Virus record (IMG/VR): IMGVR_UViG_3300020045_010913
Coordinates: 1 to 35,519 of that record
Reading direction: 5' to 3' (one strand)
From: a virus
Taxonomy: Duplodnaviria > Caudoviricetes
Length of the DNA stretch: 35,519 nt
Each line of letters opens with the position of its first letter. The first letter of the stretch is position 1. The notes beneath the pieces were generated by a model that did not search any database, had not been told where the DNA came from, and was given only the letters and a program-made list of their open reading frames with translations. The position numbers and the translations under genes were made by a program. Below, one piece after another: positions 1-9,424 of the stretch.

Positions 1-136
1 CGAGATTGCTCAGGAAGACAGCGAACGTCAGATCTCCACCAGGCGCGCTTTTCGGTTCGTGCCCCTGAACGAGATCGAAATAGCCGGACGCGCTTGCATG
101 CGACACGACAGCATCAATCAGGGAGAACAGAAAGAC

Positions 137-502
137 ATGGGTTTCCGACTCAGCCGAACGTACGCACTCCGTTTCGATGGCGCCCTTGAGGGTCTCGAAA
201 TCGACATCAAGTCCACCAGTGTTGCCACGATGCGAGAGCTTCGCGAGCTCCGCGTATCTCAGGATGAGGAAAAGCTCGCGGAGCTGCTCGCTGATCACAT
301 CATCGGATGGAACCTGGAGGACGCGGAAGGGATGATCCTTCCAGTCACGGCAGAATCGCTGCTCTCCCAGGAAGCCGTTCTCCTCGCCGCTATCGGTAGG
401 GAGTGGTGGCTTGCTGCCGCTGGAGTGTCCGCCCCTTTGGAGCAGAGATCGACCGATGGTGCGCCGTCGGTGGAGGTATCGATTCCGATGGAAGCGTTGT
501 AA
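137..502 (+). CDS. Tail assembly chaperone (G-like)
   Basis: Lies just upstream of the tape measure gene, with an IIGWNLED motif and a C CCT TTG slippery site near the 3' end. ATG 137 follows a purine-rich tract. The frame is open from the window start, so the start is uncertain. Confidence 0.8.
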   Translation: MGFRLSRTYALRFDGALEGLEIDIKSTSVATMRELRELRVSQDEEKLAELLADHIIGWNLEDAEGMILPVTAESLLSQEAVLLAAIGREWWLAAAGVSAPLEQRSTDGAPSVEVSIPMEAL

Positions 503-642
503 GTGAACCCTATGAGGTGAGCGAAGCACTGGAAATGCTCGCACTGTGCGATCGCTTTCACGCGCTGCCCTCCCAGATCGACGCAGAAGATGCCTCGATC
601 ATTCGCATGTTGCTGATCGAGAAGAGGGTCAAGGGTGGATAA
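433..642 (+). CDS. Tail assembly chaperone -1 frameshift extension (GT-like)
   Basis: The -1 frame opens at heptamer CCCTTTG (433-439) and reads PFGAEIDRW...LCDRFHALPSQIDAED. It ends overlapping the tape measure start. Confidence 0.75.
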   Translation, partial: PFGAEIDRWCAVGGGIDSDGSVVSEPYEVSEALEMLALCDRFHALPSQIDAEDASIIRMLLIEKRVKGG

Positions 643-2668
643 CGAGGTAGTCATTCGCGTACGCGCGGAAGACGACACATCCAAGGGCTTTGACTCGATC
701 AAGGCGAAAGCGAAAAAGTTCAGCGAGGATGTAGAGCGGGACCTCAAGCAATCGGGCAATCGCTCAGGTCGCTCTCTGGCCGATGGTATCGGCGATGGCA
801 TGGACGCGGCGCGCGCGAAAACGACGCGCGCCGCTGACAAGCTTGGTGACGATGTCGTTCAGCAGATGAAGCAGGCGGGGCGTAAGGCCGGCGATCAGCT
901 CGGTGACGGCATCGCCGACGGGTTCGGGATCAACGCTCCCGACATCCTCGTGTCCGCTCACACTCTGGCTGAGGACATCGAGGATGAATTCAAGATCGCG
1001 GGTAAGCGTGCTGGCGCCTCGCTATCTGAAGGCATCAGCGAGGGCATGGACGCCGCCGGAGCCGGCGGCGAGGGTCTGGGCGAAAAGATCGTCCCGAAGA
1101 TCAAGAAGGTTGGCGAGAAGGCCGGCAAGGCTGCGGGCGAGTCTTTCACTGACACGTTCGGTGCCATCATCGGGGACTTGGGCAGGAATCCGTACGTCAT
1201 AGGTGGCCTCGCCGGCGTGGGAGTCCTTGCCGCGCCACTGATCGGTGGCCTACTGGCCGCTGCTGTCATCGGTGGCGCAGGGTCTCTGGGTATCGTCGGT
1301 GGGTTCGTCGCTGCGGCTGGAGACTCTCGCGTCAAGGGCGCGGCGATCGCGCTCAAAGATCTCATGAGTGACGATCTTGAAGACGCGGCGGACTCGTTCG
1401 TCCCTGCTGCCGTCGGCGCTATCGGGCAGGTGCGAACGGCGTGGACGTCCATGCTGCCAGACATCGAGTCGATCTTCAAGCAGTCAGGTGGCCTGCTCGA
1501 CCCACTGATCGGCGGCGTGGTCGATGGCGTCGAGATGATGGTTGACGGCATCGAGGTGGCACTGGGTGGAGCGGGCCCCGTATTCGAGTCGTTCGGGGAC
1601 CTGTTCCGTGAGGTTGGCGGGGCGCTTGGTGACATGTTCGCCGGCCTGTCCGACAACGGGGAGACTGCCGCTGCTGCTCTCGACTTCCTTGCTGCTGCAC
1701 TGGTAGCGACGGTGGACGCGCTATGGATCTTCATGGAGGCGTCATCTGTCGCCATCGACGCGATCCGTCCCATCGGTGGACTCATCGCTGACGCGGTGAA
1801 CGCCACTGACGAGTGGATCAGCAGCCTTGGCGGCGTGGGCGGACAGTCGGAAGAGGTAGCCGGCAAGCAGGGTGTCCTCAAGCGCGCGACGGAAGAGGGC
1901 ACAGCAGCGACTCAGGCGCAACGTTCCGCACTGCGTGAGCTTGAAGAGGAAATGCGCAAACAGACTGACCCCCTGTTCGCTGTGTTCGACCTTCAAGTGA
2001 AGAACACGAAAGCGCAGGAGGACTACAACAAGTCCCTGGAGGAGAACGGCCCGAATGCGGCAAAGACGCGTAAGGCTCTGCTCGATATGGGCAAGGCTTC
2101 TTTCGAGTTGACGTCCGCGCTCACGAACGCTGCCGATGAAGGCTTCAACGGCAAGCTGACACCCGCCATGCGCAACGCACTGAGGAACGCCGGAAACACG
2201 ACAGGACAGATCGACGCGCTCGAACGAGAACTGATCGCAGCGTGGCGCGCGGCCAACAAGTGGAGCGGCACGTACACGCAGACCTACATCACTCGCTACA
2301 AAGAGTACGGGCTGAAGAGTCCTAGCGCCGGCGGTGGATTCCAGGGTCTGGCCACGGGCGGCATCGTTGGTGCGGCCACGGGTGGCATGCATGGCGGCAT
2401 GCGCATGGTGGGAGAGGCCGGACCCGAGCTGATCGACCTTCCGGCGGGAACTCAGGTGCACAGCGCTCCGGACACGGCACGGATGATGTCCGGCCAGAGT
2501 AGCGCTGGTGGCTCGCTGGCCGGGGGGAAGCTGGAGATCATCCTCAAGTTTGACCCCTCGCACGCGCCTGAGGCTATTCGGGGGATGATGGAGGGAATTC
2601 GCGCTGAAGTCAGAGACACGGGCGGAAGCGTTCAGGTGTCGCTAGGTGTGGCAGGGGTTGCGGCATGA
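635..2668 (+). CDS. Tape measure protein
   Basis: 677 aa, Ala/Gly-rich and helical, with an N-terminal VVIRVRAEDDT and a C-terminal ATGG...VGEAGPE motif. Follows the chaperones. Confidence 0.9.
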   Translation: MDNEVVIRVRAEDDTSKGFDSIKAKAKKFSEDVERDLKQSGNRSGRSLADGIGDGMDAARAKTTRAADKLGDDVVQQMKQAGRKAGDQLGDGIADGFGINAPDILVSAHTLAEDIEDEFKIAGKRAGASLSEGISEGMDAAGAGGEGLGEKIVPKIKKVGEKAGKAAGESFTDTFGAIIGDLGRNPYVIGGLAGVGVLAAPLIGGLLAAAVIGGAGSLGIVGGFVAAAGDSRVKGAAIALKDLMSDDLEDAADSFVPAAVGAIGQVRTAWTSMLPDIESIFKQSGGLLDPLIGGVVDGVEMMVDGIEVALGGAGPVFESFGDLFREVGGALGDMFAGLSDNGETAAAALDFLAAALVATVDALWIFMEASSVAIDAIRPIGGLIADAVNATDEWISSLGGVGGQSEEVAGKQGVLKRATEEGTAATQAQRSALRELEEEMRKQTDPLFAVFDLQVKNTKAQEDYNKSLEENGPNAAKTRKALLDMGKASFELTSALTNAADEGFNGKLTPAMRNALRNAGNTTGQIDALERELIAAWRAANKWSGTYTQTYITRYKEYGLKSPSAGGGFQGLATGGIVGAATGGMHGGMRMVGEAGPELIDLPAGTQVHSAPDTARMMSGQSSAGGSLAGGKLEIILKFDPSHAPEAIRGMMEGIRAEVRDTGGSVQVSLGVAGVAA

Positions 2669-5490
2669 GTTTGTACGGGGACAGTGAGCATCCCATTGTT
2701 GAGGTTCTGATCGATGGGACCTGGACGGACGTGTCCAGTCGAGTGCGACGCGAACAGAAGGTAGTCATCACTCGTGGCGGAGCGAGTGAGCAGGCGCGTC
2801 CCAATGCACAGCGCGCCGATCTGACGTTCGACAATTCGGACGGGTTCTTTTCCACCAGGCTTCCGTCATCGGTCAACTATCGGAAGATCGGCAAGAACAC
2901 GCAAGCGCGCGTGCGCGCCGGCAACGGTGGCAACTATCTGCACATCCCCTACAACAGTGTTACCGACCTGATCGGGGTGAGCACTGCGGACAAGGCAGTA
3001 CTCGACATCACCGGTGACATCGATATCCGTATGGACATCTGGCCAGCATCCACGTGGCGACCGCGCGGATCGATGATCCTGGCAGGCAAGTACAGCACCG
3101 TCTCGAACCAGCGATCCTGGGTCCTGACCCTCGATCGCAACGGGTATCTTGTGCTGCTGTGGTCCCCCGATGGGACACTCGCGTCCCGCCTCAGCGACTT
3201 CTCTACCGTACCTATCCCGTCATCGTCGGCCAGACTGGCAGTGCGCGCCACGCTTGATGTCGACAACGGCGCGGGTGGCCACACGCTCACGTACTACACG
3301 TCCGACTCCATCGACGGGACATGGACCCAGTTGGGTTCGGCGATCACTACCGCAGGCACTACGTCCCTGTTCTCCAATACTGCGGAGCTGGCGATCGCGC
3401 GCACGGCGGACGCGCGTGGCGGAAACTTCACGACGCACACCGGGTTCGGCGGGAAGCTGTATGGCTTCCAGTTGCGTAGCGGTATCGGCGGGACGCTGGT
3501 AGCGAACATGGATGCGACGTCTCGAGACTTTGGTGACACGTCATGGTCTGACGGACTGGGTACGCCGAACACGTGGACAATCGCCGGCCCGCACGCGCGG
3601 ATCACGTCTGATCGCGTGCGGATCTGGGGTGAGTTGTCGTCCCTCCCGAAAAGGTGGGACAAGAGCGGCAAGGATGTCACGGTGCCCGCCCGGATCTCTG
3701 GAGTCCTCAGGCGCCTCAGTCAGGGAGCAAAGCCGCTCAGCTCGGCGATGTACCGCAACTTTTCCCAGCACTCCCCCACCGCATGGTGGCCGCTGGAGGA
3801 CAGCAACGGGGCGACGGTGGCCGCGAGCGCAGCCAGGAATGGACGCCCCGGCACGATCACCGCGTGCAACTTCAGCACAGCAGCCGACATTCCCGGCGCT
3901 AGTGGCGCCCTGGCTTTCACGGGACCCACGAGCCGATTCGCGGGATCACTGCCACGATTGATCGTGTCGGTCACGACCGTGAGCATCGTCTTTTACGTCA
4001 AGCTTTCGGCGCTCCCCGCGAGCGCAAAAACGTTCTGCTCGATCAGCACTTATGGTGCGGCGAAACGTATCGACATCAGTGTTTCCCCCACCACGTGGGG
4101 GATCAACTTTGTCTCCGTCACCGGAGCTTCGCTGGCGTCGTCGGCTACCGCTATCGCGGACATCAATCCCGTCAACGGGTGGGTCGGCTACAACTTGCTG
4201 CTGAAGGCTAGTGGTGCCGACATGACCTACTCACAGCGATGGGACACGATCGGCGAATTCGGGGGTGGCACTGGGCCCACCACCATCTCGGGCGTTGCCT
4301 TGCGGCAACCGTACGGCCTGAGTCTCGTTGCGGCGAACGATGCTGTCTTCAATGACGCCCAGTTCTCCCACGTGTTCATCAGCATGAGCGAGCTCGACCT
4401 CACTGATGACACATTCAGGGACGCGTCGAACGCCTACCTTGGAGAGACCAGCGCGGACAGGCAGAAGCGCCTCAGCGATGAAGAGGGCGTTGACATCGAG
4501 ATCACGGGCATGTACTCGGAGTCTGAGTTGATGGGGTATCAGACGACGAAGAGTCTTCCTGATCTACTGGCCGAATGCTGGCAGGTGGACGGTGGCGCGG
4601 GTGGCGACTCCCGGGACTCCCTGTCCCTGGCGTATCGCATCCGTTCCGACATGGAGAACCGTGAGGACGTCGTCTTCACATACTCGACCTCCGACCTGTC
4701 GGAGGTACCTCAGCCAGATGACGATGATCTGGGCCTGGTCAACGACGTCACCGTGCGCCGCGATGGTGGATCGTCCGCGCGCGTGACGGTGGAAGAGGGC
4801 CCGAACTCCATCCTCGATCCCGCCCTTGGCGGAGCTGGCCGATACGAGGTCGAGTACACGTACAACTCAGGTAGCGACGCTCGCTTGCCCTCCATCGCTG
4901 GCTGGATCGCGCTTGTCGGGACGTGGGACCAGGATCGCTACTCGTTGATCAGTACGGGGCTGCATCGTGACGCGGTTCTACTCTCTCCCGACCTGCTCTC
5001 CAAGATGATCGGAGCGAATCTGGGGGACACGATGGTTCTCGCTGACCTTCCCTCGTTCATGCCGCCGGACGATGTCCCTCAGGTGGTTCGTGGGTACGTC
5101 GAGACAATGGACAAACACACGTGGTCGATGAACGCCAACACGACGCCGGCGGGACCGTTCCGCGCAGTAGCCGTGCTGGACTCGAACCTGTTCGTGCCGC
5201 GCGCGGACGCGTCATCGGCGCACACCATCGGCGCTGATCTGACGACTACCGCCACGTCGGTTTCTCTGGTGACTCCTGCCGGCAGCGCCGTGTGGGTCGA
5301 CAGCGCGACGTACCCCGACGATTTCCCCATGGATCTCGACGTTGGTGGAGAGGTTGTGTCGCTCACTGCGGTCACGGGGACGACGTCACCGCAGACAGGT
5401 ACGATCACTCGATCAGTCAATGGTGAGGTGAAGGCGCACACGTCTGGCGACGTGATCAGGCTCGCTCACCCGTTCTACGTTGGGAGATAG
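2665..5490 (+). CDS. Minor tail protein (baseplate/tail tip, probable LamG-like beta domains)
   Basis: 941 aa, Thr/Ser/Gly/Trp-rich. Motifs include GTWTDVSSRVR, LDITGDIDIR, AWWPLED and NDVTVRRDGG. ATGA overlap with the tape measure gene. Confidence 0.85.
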   Translation: MSLYGDSEHPIVEVLIDGTWTDVSSRVRREQKVVITRGGASEQARPNAQRADLTFDNSDGFFSTRLPSSVNYRKIGKNTQARVRAGNGGNYLHIPYNSVTDLIGVSTADKAVLDITGDIDIRMDIWPASTWRPRGSMILAGKYSTVSNQRSWVLTLDRNGYLVLLWSPDGTLASRLSDFSTVPIPSSSARLAVRATLDVDNGAGGHTLTYYTSDSIDGTWTQLGSAITTAGTTSLFSNTAELAIARTADARGGNFTTHTGFGGKLYGFQLRSGIGGTLVANMDATSRDFGDTSWSDGLGTPNTWTIAGPHARITSDRVRIWGELSSLPKRWDKSGKDVTVPARISGVLRRLSQGAKPLSSAMYRNFSQHSPTAWWPLEDSNGATVAASAARNGRPGTITACNFSTAADIPGASGALAFTGPTSRFAGSLPRLIVSVTTVSIVFYVKLSALPASAKTFCSISTYGAAKRIDISVSPTTWGINFVSVTGASLASSATAIADINPVNGWVGYNLLLKASGADMTYSQRWDTIGEFGGGTGPTTISGVALRQPYGLSLVAANDAVFNDAQFSHVFISMSELDLTDDTFRDASNAYLGETSADRQKRLSDEEGVDIEITGMYSESELMGYQTTKSLPDLLAECWQVDGGAGGDSRDSLSLAYRIRSDMENREDVVFTYSTSDLSEVPQPDDDDLGLVNDVTVRRDGGSSARVTVEEGPNSILDPALGGAGRYEVEYTYNSGSDARLPSIAGWIALVGTWDQDRYSLISTGLHRDAVLLSPDLLSKMIGANLGDTMVLADLPSFMPPDDVPQVVRGYVETMDKHTWSMNANTTPAGPFRAVAVLDSNLFVPRADASSAHTIGADLTTTATSVSLVTPAGSAVWVDSATYPDDFPMDLDVGGEVVSLTAVTGTTSPQTGTITRSVNGEVKAHTSGDVIRLAHPFYVGR

Positions 5491-5493
5491 AAA

Positions 5494-5994
5494 GTGCCCG
5501 ATTTCCTTACCGGCCAGAGGTTGACGGCTGACCTGCTGAACGACAACATCGCCGATCTGGCTGTTGCCTTCATCGGGTCTGAGTCGCTGACGTCGGACTC
5601 TTCCACGTGGGTTGGCACCGAGTCCGGCGCCGTGCACAGCATTACCGTTCCCGTGATTGAAGGGCGCACGTATCGCATCGACCTGACTGCGCGCATTTCC
5701 ACCGACGCTCAGACGTTCCCTATCACTGCCGCTAACAGCGAAATCGCCATCATCAGGATCAGGGAAGACAGTTCGACGGGAACGCAATTGTGTGAGGATC
5801 AGGTCCTGGTCACGCACGCGACCGGCAACGGGCACAAGATCACCACGTTCGCGCACTACATCGCGGACGCGACAGAGGACAAGACGTTCGTGATGACGGG
5901 GCAGCGCAACGGTACGGGCAGTTCAGGGAATCAGCGCGTGCGCGCTGCCACCACCAAGCCAACCATCTTCGACGTATTCCAGCTGGCCGCGTAG
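5494..5994 (+). CDS. Minor tail protein
   Basis: N-terminal FLTGQRLTADLLN is typical of actinophage tail fibre-type N-termini. Beta-rich; last gene of the tail module. Confidence 0.7.
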   Translation: MPDFLTGQRLTADLLNDNIADLAVAFIGSESLTSDSSTWVGTESGAVHSITVPVIEGRTYRIDLTARISTDAQTFPITAANSEIAIIRIREDSSTGTQLCEDQVLVTHATGNGHKITTFAHYIADATEDKTFVMTGQRNGTGSSGNQRVRAATTKPTIFDVFQLAA

Positions 5995-6047
5995 CCGACA
6001 GGCGCGCAATCACTCAGGGTGATATCGTCAGGAGCGAAGGAGGTCTC

Positions 6048-6836
6048 ATGTCTTACGCGCCGCAAACCATTCTCAACGTCCGGCACCTGATTCAGGGGTA
6101 CGTCCCGAGTCTCAGCAACGTTGAACTGGGAATCGTCGGTGACGACTCCCATGCTGCGTCAGGGAGTTCGTATCACTTGGGGCGGGATGCGCTGAAGGCA
6201 GGCTCGTACTCTGTCATCGAGTCGATGCGGGACTCTGTCGGACTCACCAATGCCGCGAGCGCGCTCGACATTGGATGGTTCACTCTCGGGGCGTTCGACC
6301 TACGTGACCTCAGTGTCTGGCTGGTGGCGGAGTGCCGCGCCGGTGCGGCGGACACGCGCGACATTAGGGAGATCATCTATTCTCCCGACGGCCAGAACGT
6401 CAAGCGCTTCGACGATCTCGGCATTCGCTCGTCCGGCGATGACTCGCACCTGACCCACACTCACATTTCCTGGTATCGCGACAGTGAATCCAGAAGCAAG
6501 ACATCGCTGTTTCAGCGATGGTTCACTCACATCAAGGGAGACGATCCAGTGACTCCAGCGGAGATCGAAGCGATCGCGAAGCGTTCGGCTGACCTCATTG
6601 TCGCGCGCGAACTGACCAACACCCTGACCGTCAACAATCACCTGGTGACCACGTACAACAGGACCGGGGCCCTCGCCAACACTCAGGTCCCTGAGGCGCT
6701 CGCGCGTCTCGCCAGGGTGGAGGCGATCCTCAGCGAGTTCGTTTCGCGCGCGCCGGCAACCCCTGTGCCGACCGTCGTCACTCAGGAACAGGTGACGGAA
6801 GCACTGCGGACGGTACTGCGCGAGGGTCTGGCGTAA
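6048..6836 (+). CDS. Endolysin, probable Zn-dependent (M15/DD-peptidase-like) peptidase
   Basis: Has a GIVGDDSH...YH...ALDI...EIIY...HLTHTHISW pattern and SD AGGAGG. Lies between tail genes and membrane protein genes. Confidence 0.75.
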   Translation: MSYAPQTILNVRHLIQGYVPSLSNVELGIVGDDSHAASGSSYHLGRDALKAGSYSVIESMRDSVGLTNAASALDIGWFTLGAFDLRDLSVWLVAECRAGAADTRDIREIIYSPDGQNVKRFDDLGIRSSGDDSHLTHTHISWYRDSESRSKTSLFQRWFTHIKGDDPVTPAEIEAIAKRSADLIVARELTNTLTVNNHLVTTYNRTGALANTQVPEALARLARVEAILSEFVSRAPATPVPTVVTQEQVTEALRTVLREGLA

Positions 6837-6840
6837 GGCC

Positions 6841-7050
6841 GTGCCAGAGTGGCTCAAAGCCCTGTTTCTCATCGTAGGACTGGGAGGGTGGCTCGCTACG
6901 GTGGTCACCACACTCTGGCGTGGTGAATTGCCCGATGCGACCATATTAGGGATTCCTGCTGCCCTGGTCATTCCGCTCGCTCCACCGATTAGAATCGGGC
7001 GCAGCGTGACAAACGAGCCGGAACAGACGGAAGAGGGTACGGCGCAGTGA
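6841..7050 (+). CDS. Small 2-TM membrane protein (lysis cassette)
   Basis: Two hydrophobic segments; directly after the endolysin. Confidence 0.7.
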   Translation: MPEWLKALFLIVGLGGWLATVVTTLWRGELPDATILGIPAALVIPLAPPIRIGRSVTNEPEQTEEGTAQ

Positions 7051-7160
7051 TGGACATCCTTTGGCAGATGGAGGGACTAGCCTCGATCGTGGCAGGCGTA
7101 GCCCTGGGCCTGTTGCTTCGCCGGCATGTCCGGCAACTCGACAACAGGCGCAGGCGATGA
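7050..7160 (+). CDS. 36-aa single-TM protein (below ORF-track cutoff)
   Basis: MDILWQMEGLASIVAGVALGLLLRRHVRQLDNRRRR. TGATG overlap upstream and ATGA overlap downstream. Confidence 0.65.
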   Translation: MDILWQMEGLASIVAGVALGLLLRRHVRQLDNRRRR

Positions 7161-7498
7161 CCCTGCCGAACAGTCCCCCGCACGGGTTCAGGTGGATCGT
7201 GGGCACGGCTGGACGCATCCTCGGGCAGGTGCTGGCGCTCGCGTCCCTGGCGATGAGCCTGTATTTCGGGTACCGGTACGTCGGGCTGACCACCTGCCTT
7301 CAGGAGTCTGCTCTGGCCGATCAGCGGCGCACGTCGGTGATCGCGGCAGCAACCGATGTGGAGCGCGCCGCTGATCTGCACTTGCTGCGCGTGGGCGGGG
7401 CGTCGGCCAGAGAGGCAGCGATCGAGGCTCGAGAGGCTACCGATCGCGCCAGGGCCCAGTATCCTGCTCCTGATCCTCGCACGTCGTCATGTCGATAG
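7157..7498 (+). CDS. Membrane-anchored protein (lysis cassette)
   Basis: Start reassigned to the ATGA overlap (MTLPNS...). One TM, a helical region and two Cys. Confidence 0.65.
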   Translation: MTLPNSPPHGFRWIVGTAGRILGQVLALASLAMSLYFGYRYVGLTTCLQESALADQRRTSVIAAATDVERAADLHLLRVGGASAREAAIEAREATDRARAQYPAPDPRTSSCR

Positions 7499-7507
7499 GA
7501 GCGCACC

Positions 7508-7786
7508 ATGGGCGCAGTCAAGGTCAAGGCAAACGCTACTGAGTGGAAGGTCAGGATCGCGGCGCTCGCGTCGTTCGTCGGCTCTCTCGCCGCCGGCATC
7601 CTGATCGAGCAGCGATCAGTGGACATCGTGAACGCGCTGCCTTCCGGGCTGAAGGTAGTCGGTGCAAGCGTGCTCGTAGCTACCGGCGCGTGGTTCTCCG
7701 GCAGGGCTGCACGCTCGCGGCCCGAATATATCAGCGAGAGCACGATGCGCGCGGTCAGTGAGTGCGCGGACAGGTACGGCAAATAG
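7508..7786 (+). CDS. Holin
   Basis: Two TMs with an EWKV..AA start and a GRAARSRP end, resembling Streptomyces-phage-type holins. SD AGGAG. Confidence 0.7.
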   Translation: MGAVKVKANATEWKVRIAALASFVGSLAAGILIEQRSVDIVNALPSGLKVVGASVLVATGAWFSGRAARSRPEYISESTMRAVSECADRYGK

Positions 7787-7788
7787 AC

Positions 7789-7828
7789 CTCAGGCACGCA
7801 CCGAACTCCCTGACGGTGCGTGCCTGAG
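7789..7828. terminator. Intrinsic terminator between convergent arms
   Basis: 15-bp perfect stem CTCAGGCACGCACCG/CGGTGCGTGCCTGAG with a 10-nt loop. Confidence 0.8.
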
Positions 7829-7841
7829 CTTTCCTGATGAT

Positions 7842-8024
7842 TCATTCACCGGTGAATTCGTAGAGTGCGCTTGCGATGCACGCTCCGCCGACGACGTACG
7901 CCAGAGCAGCCAGTAGGTCAGGGATGCTGAGCGAACCCACCGTGATCAACATAGCTCCGCACGTCAGTATCAGCATTCCGTACAGCGGACGTGCGCTCAC
8001 TTCTGGCCGATGCCTACCCGCCAT
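7842..8024 (-). CDS. Small 2-TM membrane protein
   Basis: 60 aa, hydrophobic, overlaps the upstream gene. Confidence 0.6.
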   Translation of the reverse strand: MAGRHRPEVSARPLYGMLILTCGAMLITVGSLSIPDLLAALAYVVGGACIASALYEFTGE

Positions 8025-8418
8025 GATTCTGTGCCCTCTCGTGAGTACTCAGGCCTTCGTCCGTGGCGCGGTAGCTGCCACCTCCAAGGCGCTCCGCCAA
8101 CCCGTTCTGCACAAGCCTGCCGGCGGTGGAGATGTGGCGAGGCTGACCCTTCAGGTCGATGGTGCGCTCCGGGGCGGCCAGCAAGCGCGCCAGTAGCGTG
8201 CGCTGGGAGACGCTCTTAATGAAGCGCTGGAATCGCCAGTTCTCATCGAGGGGGCGTCGCCCCTCTGGCCGAATGACCAGTCGCGATCGCGTGAGGCGCT
8301 TGGTGCGATCCTTCAGCGGCGCGCCAGGACGCCAATGCTTACATCCCGTGTCGCTGGGAACCAGCGCGCGGCAAGCGCCGCAAGGGCGCCTGCCAAGCGT
8401 GGCGAGATTGATGATCAA
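8014..8418 (-). CDS. Hypothetical protein: CxxC...CxH Zn-finger-like region plus winged-helix-like C-terminus
   Basis: TTG start at a TTGA overlap with SD GGAGAG. Motifs CGAC...CKHW and TAGRLVQNGLAE...YRATDEG. Confidence 0.55.
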   Translation of the reverse strand: MIINLATLGRRPCGACRALVPSDTGCKHWRPGAPLKDRTKRLTRSRLVIRPEGRRPLDENWRFQRFIKSVSQRTLLARLLAAPERTIDLKGQPRHISTAGRLVQNGLAERLGGGSYRATDEGLSTHERAQNHGG

Positions 8419-9335
8419 CGTGCACTCTCCGTACGGGCCCAAGCCCTGATCTCATTGACTGCGGACGGACGAACGCTCTCTGCGCGGGCATCGATGACCA
8501 GGTGCGGATTGTCGCGCAGGCGACGCATGATCGAGGCGTACCGGCGGACGGTCGGCACGCTGAGCTCGGCTTTCGCGGCAGCTTCAGCCGGCGTCGCGCC
8601 GTCCTTCAAGAGCTCGATCGCTTGCACGAGCGCGGCAGGGAGCTCTTGATCGGTCAGCGGCGCGCGCTCGCGAGGCGCGCGCGGCGCACGCTCACGAGGC
8701 GCGCGCCGCACGCTCTCGACGCTCTCGACGCTCTCGACGCTCTCGACGCTCTCGAGTGGCGCCCCACGGAAGGTTCGCCGAATCCGCCCGACAAGCTCGG
8801 TCAGCGGCGCGCGCTCTCGAGGCGCACGGCGCGCGCTCTCGACACTCTCGCGTGGCGCCCGACGGAAGGTTCGTCGAATCCGCCCAACGAGCTCAACGAG
8901 CTCAACACCCTCAGCGCTCTCAGCAACGATGTCGAGCGACGCGCGGGTGAACAGCAGTGCGAGCGTGCAGCCGATCATCAGGCCATCGATCGCCAGAGGA
9001 CCGATCGCACTGACGATCCCGTTCTCCCCCATCATTGTCAGCAACCGCGATTGATGCTCGTAACTGACAATCACGGCGGGAACGGCGGGACCCAGCACGA
9101 ACACGCGCGCCAGGTAGTGCGCCGCACTACGCCGCCAGTAGATCTTGACAATCACCTCAATGGCCAGGAAGGACAGGAGCGGCCAAATACTGGCCGCAGG
9201 CACGCGCAACCATAGCGAGATGGCACTGTCGGCCAGAACGGCATGAGCGACGTTCGCCACCACGCTCACCACCAGCGTGCAGATCAGCGTAAAGCGAGCA
9301 ACTTTCCGCCCGCTCGTGTTGTCAACCTGATTCAT
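8415..9335 (-). CDS. DUF2637-like multi-TM protein with C-terminal HTH
   Basis: Motifs SVVANVAHA, WPLL..LAIEV, VSYEH and GPLAIDGLM, then a repeat linker and HTH TPAEAAAKAELSVPTVRRY. Confidence 0.75.
   Translation of the reverse strand: MNQVDNTSGRKVARFTLICTLVVSVVANVAHAVLADSAISLWLRVPAASIWPLLSFLAIEVIVKIYWRRSAAHYLARVFVLGPAVPAVIVSYEHQSRLLTMMGENGIVSAIGPLAIDGLMIGCTLALLFTRASLDIVAESAEGVELVELVGRIRRTFRRAPRESVESARRAPRERAPLTELVGRIRRTFRGAPLESVESVESVESVESVRRAPRERAPRAPRERAPLTDQELPAALVQAIELLKDGATPAEAAAKAELSVPTVRRYASIMRRLRDNPHLVIDARAESVRPSAVNEIRAWARTESAR
8711..8755. repeat. 5 x 9-nt tandem repeat CGCTCTCGA (encodes ESV repeats)
   Basis: Read directly. It lies within a larger internal duplication (about 8650-8900). 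Confidence 0.95.
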
Positions 9336-9362
9336 TGCGCGCCCCTCATGGATGCAAAGAAA

Positions 9363-9400
9363 GTAGGGTACCGGCCCGTTCGTGCTGGCCGATACCCTAC
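9363..9400 (-). terminator. Intrinsic terminator
   Basis: GTAGGGTACCGGCC/GGCCGATACCCTAC stem followed by TTTCTTT on the minus strand. Confidence 0.75.
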
Positions 9401-9424
9401 CCTAGTTCATGCACGTTCGATTCG

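Noticed and set aside
11-24. 14-mer CAGGAAGACAGCGA also at 17471-17484
   Set aside because: One or more 14-nt matches are expected by chance in 35 kb, and the contexts are unrelated.
59-136. ORF-track N-terminal extension of the chaperone
   Set aside because: ATG 137 has a better purine-rich upstream tract. The upstream context is cut by the window edge and cannot be resolved.
958-2563. Long antisense ORFs over the tape measure gene (likewise 30822-31727 and 31976-33115)
   Set aside because: These are shadow ORFs from high-GC codon bias opposite clear structural genes.
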